Shown: in pieces, positions 58,900 to 64,000 of the stretch
Numbering within the stretch: the first letter of the stretch is position 1
Layout of the letters: each line of letters starts with the position of its first letter
From: the human T2T-CHM13v2.0 reference genome, Homo sapiens
Strand: one strand, 5' to 3'
Length of the DNA: 64,000 nt
NCBI RefSeq assembly: GCF_009914755.1
Contig: NC_060939.1
The notes under the pieces: model-generated
The model's database searches: none
Seen by the model: only the letters and a program-made list of their open reading frames with translations
Told to the model about the DNA's origin: nothing
Position numbers and translations under genes: made by a program

Positions 58900-59410
58900 G
58901 CACATGTCCCTCAATTCCTTGCGACGGCCTCTAAACCAGAAGGGGATGCCAAGGGGCGGGCACACATACCCAAAAGGGCGCCCCCGGAAAGAAAAGCCTG
59001 GGGCGGGGCCTCAAAGGGAAGAGAATGCTGAGGGAGGGCGGGGGCCGCGGGGCCTCTGGGCATCAGCGTCATGCAGGGAGGAGCCTGCCGGGGAGGGTCT
59101 GACGGGCTTGGAGGCTGGGCCAAAAATGGTAAGTCCTCACCTGTCTGGTCCGGGCTCAAAGAGCCAGGGCGAGGGATGCCCCAGCCTGTTCTGTGCGCGC
59201 CTCCCCCTGCCCCGCCCCCGCCATGCCCCAGGACTCCTGCACCCGCGGCTGCACGTTCCCGTTTCCGCCAGCCACCGGAACTGCGGCCCAGCAAAAAGGG
59301 AAGTAGGGGAGAGCACGGCACTGTTCAGCCAACACTAAGAGACAGGTACAGCGCACCCTTGTGCCCGGAGGAAGGATCGAAGCCGTAGAGGCTCCATGGC
59401 TCCGAAGGAA
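58900..59410. promoter_or_regulatory. CpG-island promoter of DET1
   Basis: High GC and CpG density; GC boxes (GGGGCGGG), ETS-like CCGGAA at 59275-59280 and GGAAGT near 59299; no TATA seen. Confidence 0.85.
59141..59285 (-). other. DET1: DET1 non-coding exon 1 (5' end approximate)
   Basis: Donor GACAG|gtgagg at 59141/59140 inside the only promoter-like CpG island upstream of exon 2. Confidence 0.8.
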
Positions 59411-59694
59411 AAATTAAAATGGCACCTAACCTGGCAATCTCTGTGAGTCCCAATGGCAGTGTCTCTGCACCTGCTGGGCACATTTGAAAAAATATGAATA
59501 GAATTAATTTTTCACCTATTGATTAGATGCTGAGAAACTTCCTACTCTGTTATCTTCTAGATGGCGAGCACCTTGAAGACTGAGATTGTATTGATCATCT
59601 CTGACTAACAGGGAATTTGCCTTGCTAGTTTTAAGATGGAGTTGATTTTAAAATGATGTCACTCTGGCTCTCGTAGGCTCCTGCTTCCCTAACA

Positions 59695-59866
59695 AAAAGA
59701 CCTTCAACATCATTAATTATCAGAGAAATGCAAATCAAAACAATGAGATACTACTTCATACCCCTTAGGATGGCTATAATATCTTTAAAAGGAAGATATC
59801 ACATACTGGTGAGGAGGTGGAGAAATCAAAAGCCTCATACACTGCTGCTGGGATGGGTGCAGTCAC
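59695..59866 (+). mobile_element. L1M fragment (insertion target of HERV-H)
   Basis: CAGAGAAATGCAAATCAAAACAATGAGATAC L1 ORF2-end motif. Confidence 0.7.
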
Positions 59867-60319
59867 TTTCATGGGCGTCCGTGTGAAGAGACCACCAAAC
59901 AGGCTTTGTGTGAGCAATAAAGCTGTTTATTTCACCTGGGTGCAGGTGGGCTGAGTCCGAAAAGAGAGTCAGCGAAGGGAGATAAGGGTGGGGCTGTTTT
60001 ATAGGATTTGGGTAGGTAAAGGAAAATTACAGTCAAAGGGGGCTTGTTCTCTCACGGGCAGGAGTGGGGGTCGCAAGGTGCTCAGTGGGGGTGCTTTTTG
60101 AGCCAGAATGAGCTAGGAAAAGGACTTTTACAAGGTAATGTCATCACTTAAGGCAAGGACCGGTCATTTACACTTCTTTTGTGGTGGAATGTCATCAGTT
60201 AAGGTGGGGCAGGGCATACTCACTTCTTTTGTGATTCTTCACTTATTTCAGGCCATCTGGGCTTATATGTGCAAGTCACAAGGGATGCGATGGCTTGGCT
60301 TGGGCTCAAAGGCCTGACA
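59867..60319 (-). repeat. LTR7 (HERV-H 3' LTR)
   Basis: Minus strand begins TGTCAGGCC and ends CACACGGACGCCCATGAAA; TATAAAA at 60003-59997; AATAAA at 59931-59926. Confidence 0.92.
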
Positions 60320-63300
60320 TTCCTGCCTTCTTATATTAATAAGAAAAATAAAAATAGTGTTGAAGTGTTGGGGCGGCAAAAATTTTTGGGGGGTGGTATG
60401 GAGAGAGAATGAGCGATGTTTCTCAGGGCTGCCTCAAGCGGGATTAGGGGTGGCGTGGGAACCTAGAGTGGGAGAGATTAAGCTGAAGGGAGGTCTTGTG
60501 GTAAGGGGTGATATTGTGGGGATGTTAGAAGAAACATTTGTCATATAGAATGATTGGTGATGGCCTGGATATGGTTTTGGATGAATTGAGAAACCAAATG
60601 GAATAACAAAAGGAGAAAAACAGGTATAAAAGGTCTAAGAATTGGGATGACTCAGGATATCTGATTAGAGAGTGCCTAAGGAGATTCAGCATAGTCCTGC
60701 CAGCAAAGATTATTTATTTACTTCAAGAGTTAAGAGTGGCAGTTTGTGGATAGCACCTGGAGATATCAGCTGTGATGGCTTAGAAAAACAATGTAAACAA
60801 GAGCAGGGCAGTGTAAACAAGAGCAGGGCATGTATGAGTAGTTGAGAACGGTGAATAGGAGTATGACTAGACAGAAGATAGCAGGGATGACAAGTTTTTT
60901 TGGGGCACAGTCTAAGTTGGTCTGGTGTCTGGAATAAGACTGGGGCCTAATAAAAAGGAGCATCTATACAGGAGCTTAAATGGGCTGTACCCTGTAGCAT
61001 TCTGAGGACAGGCCTGAATTCTGAGAAGGGAAAGTGGTAAAAGTATTGTCCAGTCCTTTTTAAGTTGGTGGCTGAGCTTGGAGAGGTGTGTTTTTAAAAG
61101 ACCTTTAGTCCATTCTACTTTTCTTGAAGACGGAGGACTGTAAGGGATATAAAGGTTTCACTGAATACTAAGAGCCTGAAAAACTGCTTGGCTGATTTGA
61201 CTAATAAAGGCTCGTCTGTTATCAGACTGTATTGAGGTGGGAAGGCTAAACTGAGGAATTATGTCTGACAGAAGGGAAGAAATGACTGCGGTGGCCTTCT
61301 CGGACCCTGTAGGAAATGCCTCTACCTATCCAGTGAAAGTGTCTACCTGAACTAAGAGGTATTTTAGTTATCTGACTCAGGGCATGTTGAGTAAAGCTAA
61401 GTTGCCAGTCCTGGGTGGGGCAAATCCTCGAGCTTGATGTGTAGGGAAGGGAGGGGGCCTGAATAATCACTGAGGAGTAGTAGAAAAGCAGATGGAACAC
61501 TGAGAAATTATTTCCTTGAGGATAGATTTCCACGATGGAAATGAAATGAGAGGTTCTAAGAGGTGGGCTAGTGGCTTGTACTATAGCATAACCTGCCTTT
61601 GCTGGTGTGTGGCGATTAGGCCTGGTGGAACCACCTTCAATAAATCAAGCGTGATCAGGGTGAGGAACAGGAAAGAAGGAAATTTGGGGAAATGGGGTGA
61701 ATGTCAGGTGGATCAGAGAGATACAGTCATGGGGGTCAGGTGTGGTATCAGGAATAATGTGGGAGGCCGGATTGAAGTCTGGGCCAGGAACAATGGTAAT
61801 TGTGGGAGACTCAACAAAGAGTGAGTACAGCTGAAGGAGCCAGGAAGCAGAAAGCATATGCGTCAGGTATGAGGAAGAAAATAGATTTTGGAAGTTACGA
61901 GAACTGTAGAGAGTGAGTTGAGCATAGTTTTTGATTTTGAGGGCTTCTAAAAGTATTAGGGCAGCAGCAGTGGCTGCATGGAGACATCATGGCCAGCCTA
62001 AAACAGTAAGGTCAAGTTGTTTGGACAAAAAGGCTACAGGATGCGATCCTGGTCCTTATGTAAGAATTCCAACTGCACAGCCCTGCACTTCAGCTGTGTG
62101 GAATGAAAAGGGTTGGGATGAGTCAGGGAGAGCTAGAGTGGGGCAGTTTCTAAAGCTGTCTTCAAGGAACGGAAAGAGGAGTGGGGAAAGGATTTAGGAT
62201 CTATGGGGTCAGCTAGGTTTCCTTTTGTGAGCTTATATAATGGTTTTGTTAGGATGGCAAAACCAGGTATCCAAAGGTGAAAGTATCCAACCATGCCCAG
62301 GAAGGAAAGGAGTTGTTGTTTTGTAGAAGGGGTTGGGGTTTGAGAGATCAGTCGGACATGATTGGCAGGGAGAGCACGTGTGTTTTTATGAGAATTATGC
62401 CAAGATAGGTAACAGATGAGGAAGAAATTTGGGCTTGATTGAAGTAATGGGGGCTGTCTGTGAAGCTTTGCGGCAGTACAGCCTAGGTAATTTGCTGAGC
62501 TTGATGGGTGTCAGGGTCAGTCCAAGTGAAAGCGAAGAGAGGCTGGGATTAAGGATGCAAAGGAATAGTAAAGAAAGCATGTTTGAGATCTAGAACAGAA
62601 TAATGGGTTGTAGAGGCAGGTACTGAGGATAGGAGAGTATATGGGTTTGGCACCATGGGGTGGATAGGCAAAACAATTTTGTTGATAAGGTGCAGATCCT
62701 GAACTAACTTGTAAGGCTTGTCTGGTTTTAGGACAGGTAAAATGGGGGAATTGTAAGGAGAGTTTATAGGTTCTAAAAGGCTATGTTGTAGCAGGCGAGT
62801 GATAACAGGCTTTAATCTTTTTAAAGCATGCTTCGGGGTGGAATATTGGCACTGAGTGGGGTAAGGGTGATTAGGTTTTAATGAGATGGTAAGGGGTGCA
62901 TGATCGGTTGCCAAGGAGGGAGTAGTCGTATCTTATACTTGTGGGTTAAGGTGGGGGATACAAGAGGAGGATGCAAAGGAGGCTTTGGATTGGGAAGAAG
63001 GGAGGCAATGAGATATAGCTGTAGTCCAGGAATAGTCAGGGAAGCAGATAATTTAGTTAAAGTGTCTCAGCCTAATAAGGGAACTGGGCAGGTGGGGATA
63101 ACTAAAAAGGAGTGCTTAAAAGAGTATTGTCTAAGTTGGCACCAGAGTTGGGGAGTTTTAAGAGGTTTAGAAGCCTGGCCGTCAATACCCACAACAGTTA
63201 TGGAGGCAAAGGAAACAGGCCCTTGAAAAGAAGGTAATGTGTAGTGGGTAGCCTCCATATTGATTAAGAAGGGGACGGGCTTACCTTCCACTGTGAGAGT

Positions 63301-63903
63301 TACCCAAAGCTCGGCATCCATGATGGTCTAGGGGGCTTCTGAGGCGATCGGACACTGTCAGTCTTCAGCCGCTAAGCCGAGAAGATCTGGGAAGGAGTCA
63401 GTCAGAGAGCCTTGGGCCAGAGTTCCAGGGGCTCTGGGAGTGGCTGCCAGGTAAGTTGAACAGTCCGATTTTCAGTGGGGTCCCACACAGGTGGGACGCA
63501 GCTTAGGAGGAATCCCAGGCTGCGGGCATTCCTTGGCCCAGTGGCCAGATTTCCAGCACGTGTAGCAAGCTCCTGTGGGAGGAGGTTCTGGAGGAATGCC
63601 TGGCCGCTGCACTTCAGGTGTTTGGAAGTTCTTATGTGCTGGAGATGTGGCTGGGGTTTGTCTCGCAGTGGAGGCAAGGAATTGCAACTTTTTTCTATTA
63701 TTGTACACCTTGAAGGCGAGGTTAATTAAATCCTCTTGTGGGGTTTCAGGGCCGGAATTTAATTTTTGGAGCTTTATTTAATGACGGGAGCAGATTGGGT
63801 AATAAAATGTATTTTGAGAATAAGACGGCCTTTTGACCTTTTAGGGTCTAGGGCTGTAAAGTGTCTCAGGATTGCTGCCAAACAAGTCATGAACTGTACT
63901 GGA
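59867..63903 (-). mobile_element. HERV-H provirus (3' LTR7 plus deleted internal region; 5' part not seen in the window)
   Basis: LTR7 reverse complement 59867-60319; PPT; RT remnants (LVQDLHLIN, YSVLDLKHAFFTIPLHP), protease remnant (63067-63321), gag zinc knuckle CYTCWKSGHWAKEC (63472-63708). Confidence 0.92.
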
Positions 63904-64000
63904 TTTTTTTTTTTTTATTTTATTATTATACTTTAAGTTTTAGGGTACATGTGCACAATGTGCAGGTTAGTTACATATGTATACATGTGCCATGCTGGTG
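63904..64000 (-). mobile_element. 3' end and poly(A) tail of a young L1PA element inserted in HERV-H gag
   Basis: Poly-T followed by TATTATACTTTAAGTTTTAGGGTACATGTGCAC, the reverse complement of the L1PA 3' terminus. Confidence 0.9.

Noticed and set aside
58898-59388. 105-146 aa ORFs across the CpG island
   Set aside because: Stop-poor GC-rich promoter sequence on both strands; only the short exon 1 uORF was retained as a finding.

Overview
Primate (human-like) genomic DNA containing the complete DET1 gene (de-etiolated-1 homolog, partner of COP1/DDB1-CUL4) on the minus strand. DET1 has a non-coding CpG-island exon 1 (donor at 59141) and four coding exons that I spliced by hand at GT/AG boundaries: 44306-43224, 40387-40200, 29574-29383 and 25739-25550. 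They total 1653 nt (550 aa + stop), with AATAAA at 25102-25107. The rest is mostly transposon-derived. The promoter is sandwiched between two proviruses. The first is an antisense tRNA-Thr-primed HERV-T/S71-type provirus in intron 1 (50735-58831, TSD CACT), carrying a nested 968-bp HERV-K LTR5 solo LTR. The second is a co-oriented HERV-H/LTR7 provirus just upstream (59867 onward), interrupted by a young L1PA. An SVA lies in intron 3 and a near-consensus AluY in intron 4. Most notable observations: (i) a 393-bp perfectly identical block between the two old HERV-T LTRs, suggesting gene conversion; (ii) two uORFs in the DET1 leader, including an ATG-TGA start-stop 2 nt before the main ATG; (iii) back-splicing of exons 2-3 or 2-4, which are flanked by inverted Alus, would give stop-free endless ORFs. 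I see no evidence of a wholly new gene system. Repeat family and subfamily names are from recognition of consensus features, not from a database search, and boundaries of old repeats are approximate.
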